Below are positions 26,828 to 34,340 of a stretch of DNA of 46,549 bases, piece after piece (position 1 is the first letter of the stretch; every line of letters starts with the position of its first letter). The notes below the pieces were generated by a model. That model did no database searches and had not been told where the DNA came from. It was given only the letters and a program-made list of their open reading frames with translations. The position numbers and the translations under genes were made by a program. Origin of the DNA: an uncultured Candidatus Saccharibacteria bacterium (GTDB lineage Bacteria > Patescibacteriota > Minisyncoccia > Phycocordibacterales > GWA1-40-21); assembly GCA_964416925.1 (NCBI GenBank), contig CAYQFQ010000001.1, positions 1 to 46,549 of the forward strand, written 5' to 3'.

Positions 26828-26983
26828 TTAGAACACGACCACCTTGGCCTGACCCGAATCAAAGGCGCCGCTTGCCGTTTCGATCGTCTTGCCCGCCTCG
26901 TGGGACATCGTGATCGCCGCTGCCTTGATGAACATCGCGCATCCGCCACCCGAATCAAACCGCCACTGACATACCTTCCTCAT
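26828..26983 (-). CDS. possible 51-aa sORF (internal start of the 80-aa track ORF)
   Basis: GAGGAGAAGG SD 5 nt before the ATG. Translation: MRKVCQWRFDSGGGCAMFIKAAAITMSHEAGKTIETASGAFDSGQAKVVVF. Promoter TTGAAC-N16-TATAAT at about 27030-27057. Followed by hairpin GGGGCTGG..CCAACCCC. Confidence 0.4.
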   Translation of the reverse strand: MRKVCQWRFDSGGGCAMFIKAAAITMSHEAGKTIETASGAFDSGQAKVVVF

Positions 26984-27135
26984 ACTCGCCTTCTCCTCGT
27001 TTACCCCCAAAACAACTTCAGGGGTATGTTTAGTCTTTATTATATACAATCGATTAATTCGTTCAACCATAAGTTATCAACATCATAATTACTTATAAGA
27101 GATAATTAATCTTTATACAAATCAATGGTAGACTG

Positions 27136-27699
27136 TTGTGTATGCAAGAAGTTATAGGTCATATTATATCTAACAACCAAATACTTGGCCCTTTGGCTTT
27201 TATTGTTTTCAGAGCACTCGCCATAATTATTCCACCAATTCCTGGAGTTATTTTTGATCTAGCAGGATTTATGGCCTTCGGACCAATATTATCTTTCTTA
27301 TATGCTGAAATTGGGGTCGTCATTGGCGCAATGATCACTTTTTTTTTAGCGAGGTATTTTCGAGAACCGCTTGTCCATAAATTCGTTGCAGTAGATAAAC
27401 TTAATAAATGGCAAGAGCAACTTTCAAGTAAAGTAGAATTTTGGAGCTTGGTTGTTTTACGCTTTATGGCTAATCCGATTTTTGATTATCTAGGATACAT
27501 ATCCGGTCTAACAAAAATATCTTGGGTACGTTTTTTGGTAACGACAGTCATAGGGGTTACACCTCAACTATTCATAATTTATTATTTCGGTTTCTTATCA
27601 TTTAATAAAAATATATATTATGGTGGGGCTGGATTGTTGTTTGCAGTATTTTTACTATATTTTGCGGTACCTTATGTGATGAAGAAATTAAGGAAATAA
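27136..27699 (+). CDS. TVP38/TMEM64 (DedA-related, VTT domain) membrane protein
   Basis: IIPPIPG..., G.G and F.ARYF pattern in a polytopic protein. Confidence 0.7.
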   Translation: MCMQEVIGHIISNNQILGPLAFIVFRALAIIIPPIPGVIFDLAGFMAFGPILSFLYAEIGVVIGAMITFFLARYFREPLVHKFVAVDKLNKWQEQLSSKVEFWSLVVLRFMANPIFDYLGYISGLTKISWVRFLVTTVIGVTPQLFIIYYFGFLSFNKNIYYGGAGLLFAVFLLYFAVPYVMKKLRK

Positions 27700-27707
27700 T
27701 ATAAAAT

Positions 27708-27742
27708 AGCCCCTCACCAATTTTCTTAATTGGTGAGGGGCT
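27708..27742. terminator. bidirectional terminator between convergent genes
   Basis: AGCCCCTCACCAATT-TTCTT-AATTGGTGAGGGGCT with flanking A and T runs. Confidence 0.75.
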
Positions 27743-27751
27743 GTTTTGTTT

Positions 27752-28675
27752 TTAATATTTAAGGTATTTTCTAACTGCAAGGAAACTGGCTGCCAAACCT
27801 AACACAACACCGGAGCCCACGATAATGAAGAATACATAAGCAAAGTGATTAGCAAGATATTTCAAAAAACTGAAACCTGCAAAATATTCAGAACTATACT
27901 GATTGAGCCAGAGGAAAACAAAAATGAGTAACAATATTGTTATCGCCGATGAAATCAAACCGCACAAAACTCCAGAAACAAGAAATGGCCCTCTGACATA
28001 TCCATGACTTGCACCAACAAGTTTCATTACGGAGATTTCTTCTTTCGATATAAAGATTGACAATTTAATCGTATTAAACGTTATCACGACAGACATAAGA
28101 ATAAAAATCACCGTAAACCACAAAGCTATAGTCTGCGCAGAATTTACAATAATAGTAAGTCTATCTATTACGACTTTATTCTGATTATAATTTACCTTAT
28201 CAATTATATTTACCCCATCTTTCATTAAAATGCTTGGATTCTCTAGAAACTTTGCGACACCGGCATATTGTGATGGTTCCTTCGCTTTGATATTTAAAGA
28301 AGCCTCAAGTGGGTTTTCTCCGAGCTCCTCCAGGGCCTGTAGCGTAGAAGCATCATTTTTTCTCCTCTCTGTAAAATCTTTCAATGCTTCTTCCCTTGAA
28401 ACATAGCTAACCTGCGAAACTTCTGGTAACATCTCAAGTGACTTTTTTACGGCGAAAATATCATCCTCCGTAGCGCTTGTCATAAAATACACGTTCACAT
28501 CAACCTTATCTTTGACTTGAGTAATTGTAGAATTAAAGAAGGCACCTAAAAAGATAACAGACGCAATAATACACAAAGTGATAGTCATAATCGTCACAGA
28601 AGAAAGAGAAACAAATCCGTTTCTGAAGAAATTGGTCCAGCCTGAATTTAGTATTCTTTTAATATTTGTCCACAT
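27752..28675 (-). CDS. ftsX: cell division permease FtsX
   Basis: N-terminal TM, periplasmic domain and three C-terminal TM segments. Lies downstream of ftsE. Confidence 0.8.
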   Translation of the reverse strand: MWTNIKRILNSGWTNFFRNGFVSLSSVTIMTITLCIIASVIFLGAFFNSTITQVKDKVDVNVYFMTSATEDDIFAVKKSLEMLPEVSQVSYVSREEALKDFTERRKNDASTLQALEELGENPLEASLNIKAKEPSQYAGVAKFLENPSILMKDGVNIIDKVNYNQNKVVIDRLTIIVNSAQTIALWFTVIFILMSVVITFNTIKLSIFISKEEISVMKLVGASHGYVRGPFLVSGVLCGLISSAITILLLIFVFLWLNQYSSEYFAGFSFLKYLANHFAYVFFIIVGSGVVLGLAASFLAVRKYLKY

Positions 28676-28854
28676 GATTGTTTACTTAGTGAACGGAGTG
28701 AACTTAGAAAACAATCACCCCTTCACCAATTTTTAATTAATTTATTTCTGTTAAATATCAACGCTTCATTCTAACTCTCAAACGATAAACCACAAGGTCT
28801 TTATATAAAATTGGTGTGGGGGTCTAGCAAAATATAATCGTAATACTCTTTATT

Positions 28855-29538
28855 TTACAAGACGTACCTTCCTTCTTTGTCGTCCCTGACTATCTTGCCT
28901 TTATCCATACTTATAACCCTTTTTCCTAGTGAATCGATTACCCCTTTGTTGTGAGTGGTCAAGATAACTGTCGTACCCAAATCATTTATCTTTTTTAGAA
29001 TCTGAATAATTTCGAAAGTGTTTATCGGATCAAGGTTACCTGTTGGTTCATCAGCAATTATAATATCTGGCTGATTCACAATGGCACGTGCAATCGCTAC
29101 TCTCTGTTTTTCTCCTCCCGAAAGTTCTTTGGGAAAACTATTTGCTTTCCTTCCTAAATCTACTAATTCTAAAACATGTGGAACATCAGCCGCAATCTCT
29201 TCGTCTGACCTTCCAGCAGCCTCCATTGCAAATGCGACATTTTCATAGACTGTTTTGTTTGGTAATAACCTATAATCCTGAAATACAGTACCAATCTTTC
29301 TTCTATATTTATGTAGTTGTTCGTGTCCAAGTCGATGTATATCAACTGATTCAAAATACACCCTACCAGAGGTTGGTTTATCTTCCGCCAAAAACATTCT
29401 TATTAGTGTAGTTTTACCCGCACCAGAATGGCCAACAATAGAGACAAATTCCTTTGGTTCAATTGTTAATGTAATGTCAGAAATCGCTGGTGTGTCCTCG
29501 CCAGGGTATATTTTTGTTACTTTATCAAAAAAAATCAT
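28855..29538 (-). CDS. ftsE: cell division ATP-binding protein FtsE
   Basis: Walker A GHSGAGKTT, signature LSGGEKQR and Walker B IIIADEP. Confidence 0.85.
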   Translation of the reverse strand: MIFFDKVTKIYPGEDTPAISDITLTIEPKEFVSIVGHSGAGKTTLIRMFLAEDKPTSGRVYFESVDIHRLGHEQLHKYRRKIGTVFQDYRLLPNKTVYENVAFAMEAAGRSDEEIAADVPHVLELVDLGRKANSFPKELSGGEKQRVAIARAIVNQPDIIIADEPTGNLDPINTFEIIQILKKINDLGTTVILTTHNKGVIDSLGKRVISMDKGKIVRDDKEGRYVL

Positions 29539-29563
29539 TACTCTGATTATATCACAAGTTACT

Positions 29564-30436
29564 TTAATTCAAATTATTTTCTGCATCAATAAATTCATCT
29601 AAATCACCTTCAAGAACCTTATCTATATTGCTAGTTTCCACATCTGTTCTGTGGTCTTTTATCATCTTATATGGATGAAATACATAAGAGCGAATTTGAT
29701 TACCCCAATCAATTGAAACTGACTTACTAATGAACAAACCTCTTTCTTGAAGTTTCTTTTCTTCTTCCCTCTTTGCAAAAATTTTACCTTTCAAAATCTG
29801 AATTGCTTTTTCTTTATTTTGCGCTTGAGATCTTTCATTTGCGGAACGAACAGAAATACCAGTAGGAATGTGAATTACTTTTACTGCAGTTTCTCTTTTG
29901 TTCACATTTTGCCCTCCTGGGCCACCAGCCTTAGACATCTCAAATTTCAATTCTGTTTCTGGAACATCTAAGTCAGTATTTTTATCAATCTTTGGAACTA
30001 CCTCAACCATCGAAAAAGAAGTCTGTCTTAAACTTTTTGAATTGAAGGGCGAAAGACGGACTAGACGGTGGACACCAGATTCTTTTTTTATTTCACCGTA
30101 AATATTTTTTCCAGAAATTTCCAATGTTATATTCCGGTATCCTCCGTGATCATTCTCAGTTTCATCTATTACTTTATAACTCCAGCCCCTATTTGTAAAA
30201 AACTTTCCGTACATCTCGAAAAGAATTCGTGAAAAATCTTCGGCATCATCACCGCCAGCACCTGAGAAAATAGTCATAATAGCGTCACCTTTGTCATATT
30301 TATCTTTGCCTTCGATTTCATCCTTGAGAGATTGCATTTCCTTTAGTAATGACTGAGCTTTAATCTTATCAGCCCAAAAATCAGCTTGTAACATGAGCTG
30401 TTCTATTTCCATTATTCTTTTCTGCTTGTCTTCCAT
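29564..30436 (-). CDS. prfB: peptide chain release factor 2 (short; no programmed frameshift seen)
   Basis: SPF tripeptide (RLSPFNS) and GGQ (GPGGQNVNK). 290 aa, with domain 1 shortened. Confidence 0.85.
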   Translation of the reverse strand: MEDKQKRIMEIEQLMLQADFWADKIKAQSLLKEMQSLKDEIEGKDKYDKGDAIMTIFSGAGGDDAEDFSRILFEMYGKFFTNRGWSYKVIDETENDHGGYRNITLEISGKNIYGEIKKESGVHRLVRLSPFNSKSLRQTSFSMVEVVPKIDKNTDLDVPETELKFEMSKAGGPGGQNVNKRETAVKVIHIPTGISVRSANERSQAQNKEKAIQILKGKIFAKREEEKKLQERGLFISKSVSIDWGNQIRSYVFHPYKMIKDHRTDVETSNIDKVLEGDLDEFIDAENNLN

Positions 30437-30489
30437 AGGACCAATATAGCAAAAAAACGAGTATAAAAAAAGTCATAAAATAAACAATG

Positions 30490-30562
30490 AGCCAAGGGCG
30501 AGGATCGAACTCGCGACCTGTGGTTTACGATACCACTGCTCTACCAACTGAGCTACCTTGGC
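30490..30562 (-). tRNA. tRNA-Thr(CGU)
   Basis: Acceptor GCCAAGG/CCTTGGC, anticodon arm GTGGT-ATCGTAA-ACCAC, T loop TTCGATC. No mirror trailer. Confidence 0.9.
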
Positions 30563-30756
30563 AAAAATACACGGAAGCCGTTGACCAGGAGACTAGGAAG
30601 TCTGATTGGTCACAAATTTCTTTCGTCGTCACTCAAGAAATTTTCGACCCCAGCTTGTATGTTTTTTCTACTGAAAAAACATTACTTCGCTTTTCAATCC
30701 TGACACGTGTGCAAAGCAGTTTGCACACTCAACAGCACCCTCCGTTACACTACGGG
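30563..30756 (-). ncRNA. tRNA-Thr(GGU) mirror trailer ending in a 15-nt copy of the tRNA 3' end
   Basis: Minus-sense order: GCTGTTG (anti-acceptor, one G:U), hairpin GTGTGCAAA..TTTGCACAC, CAGGATTGAA (anti-T), U-rich stem with AGTA loop (30662-30679), hairpin with loop GAGTGACGACGA (30608-30649), TCCTGGTCAACGGCT (30576-30590). Confidence 0.55.
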
Positions 30757-31006
30757 AGCCGTTGACCAGGATTGAACTGGTGACCTTGTCATTCGTTTAC
30801 ACCTCATCTTACGAGAGGACTAGACTGTATCTTTCCGCCTGAGGCGGACCCTTGTCAGTCGTTCGAGCGCTTTTTATAGCGCTACGGTCTTGTCCTTTTT
30901 AAAAGGAGATTAACCGTAATTCGGGATTCATATAAAAGTTACCAATTATATGGGCAGGGGTTCACGACCCACCAATGACATGCTCTACCAACTGAGCTAC
31001 AACGGC
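30757..31006 (-). tRNA. tRNA-Thr(GGU) interrupted by a 177-nt intron (30794-30970) after anticodon position 36
   Basis: Exon 1 (31006-30971): GCCGTTGTAGCTCAGTTGGTAGAGCATGTCATTGGT. Exon 2 (30793-30757): AATGACAAGGTCACCAGTTCAATCCTGGTCAACGGCT. Joined, they give a canonical 73-nt cloverleaf with loop TTGGTAA. Promoter TTGAAA-N17-TATTCT upstream. Confidence 0.8.
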
Positions 31007-31111
31007 AAAACAACACTTCGTAAGAATAGCTTATTTATTAAACTTTTTCAATCTAAAAACCACACCGTGCTGGTGTGGTTTTTTAAACTCTTGCGAGCTT
31101 GACCCATTACT

Positions 31112-31285
31112 CTATTGAACTAGAGTTGATACATTTGAAACAGCATGCTGACCTATTGAAAGCGCCATCTGCAAAGTATCGAAGAACATAAGAAGGGTCT
31201 TCTCGAATGCGTGAAAAATTTCAGGCATGAGAGATCGAATAAAAATGATTGCCAGAGCTAAACCGATTGCTCCCAGGATTCTCAT
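31112..31285 (-). CDS. possible 57-aa hydrophobic sORF (not in the ORF track)
   Basis: Translation: MRILGAIGLALAIIFIRSLMPEIFHAFEKTLLMFFDTLQMALSIGQHAVSNVSTLVQ. Followed by hairpin CCACACCGTGCTGGTGTGG. No clear SD. Confidence 0.3.
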   Translation of the reverse strand: MRILGAIGLALAIIFIRSLMPEIFHAFEKTLLMFFDTLQMALSIGQHAVSNVSTLVQ

Positions 31286-31470
31286 AAATTTATTAAAATT
31301 ACGAGAGAAACTTTGATCTGCCCGACAAGCAAATCCTCTGGCTAATCACCAGATGTCCCCTCTCAAATGGAAGCTTTTTATAAACTTTCATTTGAGAGGG
31401 CATCTTTTTCCCTTTTCAAATAACCTTCCCTATCTGACACTATTATAGCATAGAACTAAATAAAAAGCAA

Positions 31471-31600
31471 CCCAGTAGTGAATTTTGGCTTTGTCCCCTG
31501 ATGATACTAAATAACCATTTCCCCTTGTAACTTAAAATATAATTACTGCTATTTATATAAAATTTGAAGGACATCTTCTAAGCCAAAATCTACTACTGGG
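31471..31600. repeat. 130-bp element bounded by 20-bp inverted repeats (18/20)
   Basis: CCCAGTAGTGAATTTTGGCT (31471-31490) and AGCCAAAATCTACTACTGGG (31581-31600). Confidence 0.7.
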
Positions 31601-31646
31601 CAAGCATAAAAATAGGGCTAGACACTCGTGTGTCTAGCCCCCGGTT

Positions 31647-32300
31647 TTAAACCCGACTGGTAAAGCCCATTGCTGCAGCTTTTTCGCTATACTTCTTCGC
31701 CTCCTCAGAGATAGGCCGATTCAGTTCATCAAGTTTTTGCTTGAGCTCCATAATAGAGATTTCAGGGTCTCTATCGTTATTGATGTGAACAGTCCTTCCG
31801 GGAAATTCCGCGGAAAAACGTTCGATGGCTGGGACCGTAAGTTGCTCGTAAACACCAAACCTGTTTTTCAGAGCTACTTCTTTGTCATCGGTACGAACCC
31901 CTCTATCGGCGGGATTTTTCCCGAGCCTCCTCCAACAAGCTTCGGTCGGAACATCCACCACAATCTGAACGACTTCATAGATGCCTATTTGTCTTATCTT
32001 GTCGGCAATCTGGCGCGCTTGATTTGATGTCCGAATGCATCCATCCAAGACAACGTCAGTCTTGCCATGCTCAAAGGCGTCAAAGGCAGCCATAAATTCC
32101 GGCAGAGTGACATCATCGGAGACGAGATTTCCGGAATCCATTGCTTCCCTGACGGCTACTCCACAAATTGGGGAATCCCTCAGTTTCATGAGAATCCCAC
32201 TCATTGGAAAAACCCGAGCGTCTATTCCGATTCTGGGCAGGAGTTTTATCAGCGTGCCCTTACCACAAAACGGTTTTCCTGCAAAACTATATACAACCAT
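31647..32300 (-). CDS. adenylate kinase-like nucleoside monophosphate kinase (divergent, GC-rich, stand-alone)
   Basis: GKPFCGKGT P-loop. MDSGNLVSDDV, VLDGCIRTSNQA and RTDDKEVALKNRFGVYEQLTVPAI align by eye with adenylate kinase motifs. Start set at MVVYSF after GGGGG. Terminator at 31615-31640. Confidence 0.65.
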   Translation of the reverse strand: MVVYSFAGKPFCGKGTLIKLLPRIGIDARVFPMSGILMKLRDSPICGVAVREAMDSGNLVSDDVTLPEFMAAFDAFEHGKTDVVLDGCIRTSNQARQIADKIRQIGIYEVVQIVVDVPTEACWRRLGKNPADRGVRTDDKEVALKNRFGVYEQLTVPAIERFSAEFPGRTVHINNDRDPEISIMELKQKLDELNRPISEEAKKYSEKAAAMGFTSRV

Positions 32301-32384
32301 AAAGAACCCCCATAAACTTGGACGCCACATTAGCGTCCTTCCTGTGAAAGATTAGCAACTTATAATAAATAAATCAAATAGTGA

Positions 32385-33062
32385 TTAATGGGCGTGAGAT
32401 TCTTCCTCTTCTTCCATACGAAAGATTTTTCTTTTTGCATAACTTGCAAATCCGGCATGAAAAGCGACGAACAATATTAAAATAATTGTAATTATAATAT
32501 AGGTATATTCAAGATACGTTCCACCAAGGCGATAAGACTGACCAAGGAAATAACCGCACATCATTATAAAACCATACTGAAAAATAGTTACAACTATAGC
32601 ACTGCTGATAAACTTTCTATAAGAGACTTTAGTAAAACCAGCACTCACAATAAAAGGAACACTTAGACCGTAAGCTAGTTTTATTAAAAACATCGTCGTC
32701 TTAGTATGATTTTCCCAGAGTTTTTTAACAACATCTTTCTTCACTAAAAGTGAGGTAAATTTTCTAGTGAAAAAGCTGACAAAAAAATTATCTTGGCCAT
32801 ATCTACCAATATAGTAATAAATAGTATCAGGGATAACGTCACCCAAAATTAAAATGCCGTAGGCCGGCAAAACGTTGAAATCCCCTTTAAATACAAGAAA
32901 TCCTGCGATAAGTGATGCCATCGGACCCTGAATTGCAGCGATTGGAAACAAAACTAAATATTTATATTTTATAAGCAATAAAAGAATCTCTTCCACTTGA
33001 GGATTATAACATTTTGGTGACAAACTTTCAGCTAGTTTTAGTTGATAACCAAACCCAAACAA
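32385..33062 (-). CDS. DedA family membrane protein
   Basis: YKYLVLFPIAAIQGPMASLIAGFL plus polytopic topology. Confidence 0.7.
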   Translation of the reverse strand: MFGFGYQLKLAESLSPKCYNPQVEEILLLLIKYKYLVLFPIAAIQGPMASLIAGFLVFKGDFNVLPAYGILILGDVIPDTIYYYIGRYGQDNFFVSFFTRKFTSLLVKKDVVKKLWENHTKTTMFLIKLAYGLSVPFIVSAGFTKVSYRKFISSAIVVTIFQYGFIMMCGYFLGQSYRLGGTYLEYTYIIITIILILFVAFHAGFASYAKRKIFRMEEEEESHAH

Positions 33063-33109
33063 AAGTAAAACCCCACCTAATAATTAGGTGGGGTTTTACT
33101 AAAATTTCT

Positions 33110-33757
33110 TTATCTATTAAATCTTTTTACAAACCAACCAAAGAGACTGAATTTACTTTCATTTGTTTTCACAAAAGTTTCGATCTTAGTCTGATGATCT
33201 TCTAAGGCTTTTATATCCGCCAAAATTATTGTTTTGTCGGTAGAAGATGCCATTTTCTCTAATTCTTTGTTTAGCTTTTCAATTCTGTTCTGTGTCTTAA
33301 CAATATTACTTCTTATTTGCCCTAGATTCTTATAATCCGAACCAATAAGAAATGTTTTGAATCCATTTCTTCTTTCCACCTTTTTAATTGCATCTACTGT
33401 CTCGTCTGTCGAACTTGACTGCTCACGCGCAATCTCTCTAACTTGTTTTCCTACTTTTAAATTCCTGTCTGAAACATCATTTAAACCCTTCACGAACTTA
33501 GATACTTCACTTCTGTGCTCGTCCGATTGTGACCACTCTCTCGGGGTTGAAGTACTTGTACTTGCCAATCCTCTATTATTATTTTCCCAACCATCACCAC
33601 GAGGAGATGTTGAAGCGTTTACACTTACTAACATTTTACTCTTTTGACCATTTCCTTCACCGTTTTGATTCTCTTTTGCATAAACGCTTAACGACAAAGT
33701 TAAAGCTAGAAACATAATTACTAGACTTGACCACAATACTTTATTATTTGATTTCAT
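33110..33757 (-). CDS. secreted hypothetical protein with a coiled-coil C-terminal half
   Basis: Signal peptide (LALTLSLSVYA) and a low-complexity middle region. Confidence 0.55.
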   Translation of the reverse strand: MKSNNKVLWSSLVIMFLALTLSLSVYAKENQNGEGNGQKSKMLVSVNASTSPRGDGWENNNRGLASTSTSTPREWSQSDEHRSEVSKFVKGLNDVSDRNLKVGKQVREIAREQSSSTDETVDAIKKVERRNGFKTFLIGSDYKNLGQIRSNIVKTQNRIEKLNKELEKMASSTDKTIILADIKALEDHQTKIETFVKTNESKFSLFGWFVKRFNR

Positions 33758-33929
33758 ATATTAATTTATTAATTAATAAAGACACGTAGATTCACTGGCT
33801 TCTATTTCGACCAGAAATAAACCCCACAACCTAATTATAGCATTAAAATCAGATGTTAAGACGACGATAATGCAAACCTGGTTATACAATGATATAATAC
33901 TCATTAATTACTAGTTAAACTTAAATAAC

Positions 33930-34340
33930 ATGGCAATTACATGGACACAAGACTATAGCGTCGGAGTAAAAGAGATTGATCTACAGCATCAACATTTTGT
34001 TGACTTAATGAACCAAGCTTACGAGGCGATATACAGAAATGAACCAAAGGAAAAAATTCTTAGCCTCGTAGAAGAAATATTCTCACATGGAGCCATACAC
34101 TTCCATACAGAGGAAGGATATTTTGACAAATTCCAATATCCCTATGCTGAAATGCATAAAGAAGCACATAAAAATTTACTTGAACAAACAAGCGTATTCA
34201 AATCAAAGATTGGTAGTGAGATTGACTATAAAAAAGAAGTGTCAAATTTAATAGACTTTCTAGAAAATTGGCTAGTTGAGCATATGCTCACCCACGACAA
34301 AAAATATACAAAATTCTTTAATGACAATGGTCTATTCTAG
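33930..34340 (+). CDS. bacteriohemerythrin-like protein
   Basis: W..DYSVGV.EID.QH, H..EE and H..H spacing typical of the hemerythrin cation-binding domain. Confidence 0.8.
   Translation: MAITWTQDYSVGVKEIDLQHQHFVDLMNQAYEAIYRNEPKEKILSLVEEIFSHGAIHFHTEEGYFDKFQYPYAEMHKEAHKNLLEQTSVFKSKIGSEIDYKKEVSNLIDFLENWLVEHMLTHDKKYTKFFNDNGLF

Noticed and set aside
26341-27088. Track ORFs of 97 aa (+), 73 aa (-), 61 aa (+), 102 aa (+) and the full 80-aa (-) ORF
   Set aside because: The plus ORFs oppose the promoter and terminator orientation. The 73-aa minus ORF is His/Arg/Pro-rich nonsense typical of an off-frame GC-rich read. The 80-aa ORF's first 29 aa lie in the promoter region, and the SD-supported start is internal.
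30487-30765. 92-aa plus-strand ORF
   Set aside because: It spans tRNA-Thr(CGU), the trailer and part of tRNA-Thr(GGU) on the opposite strand.
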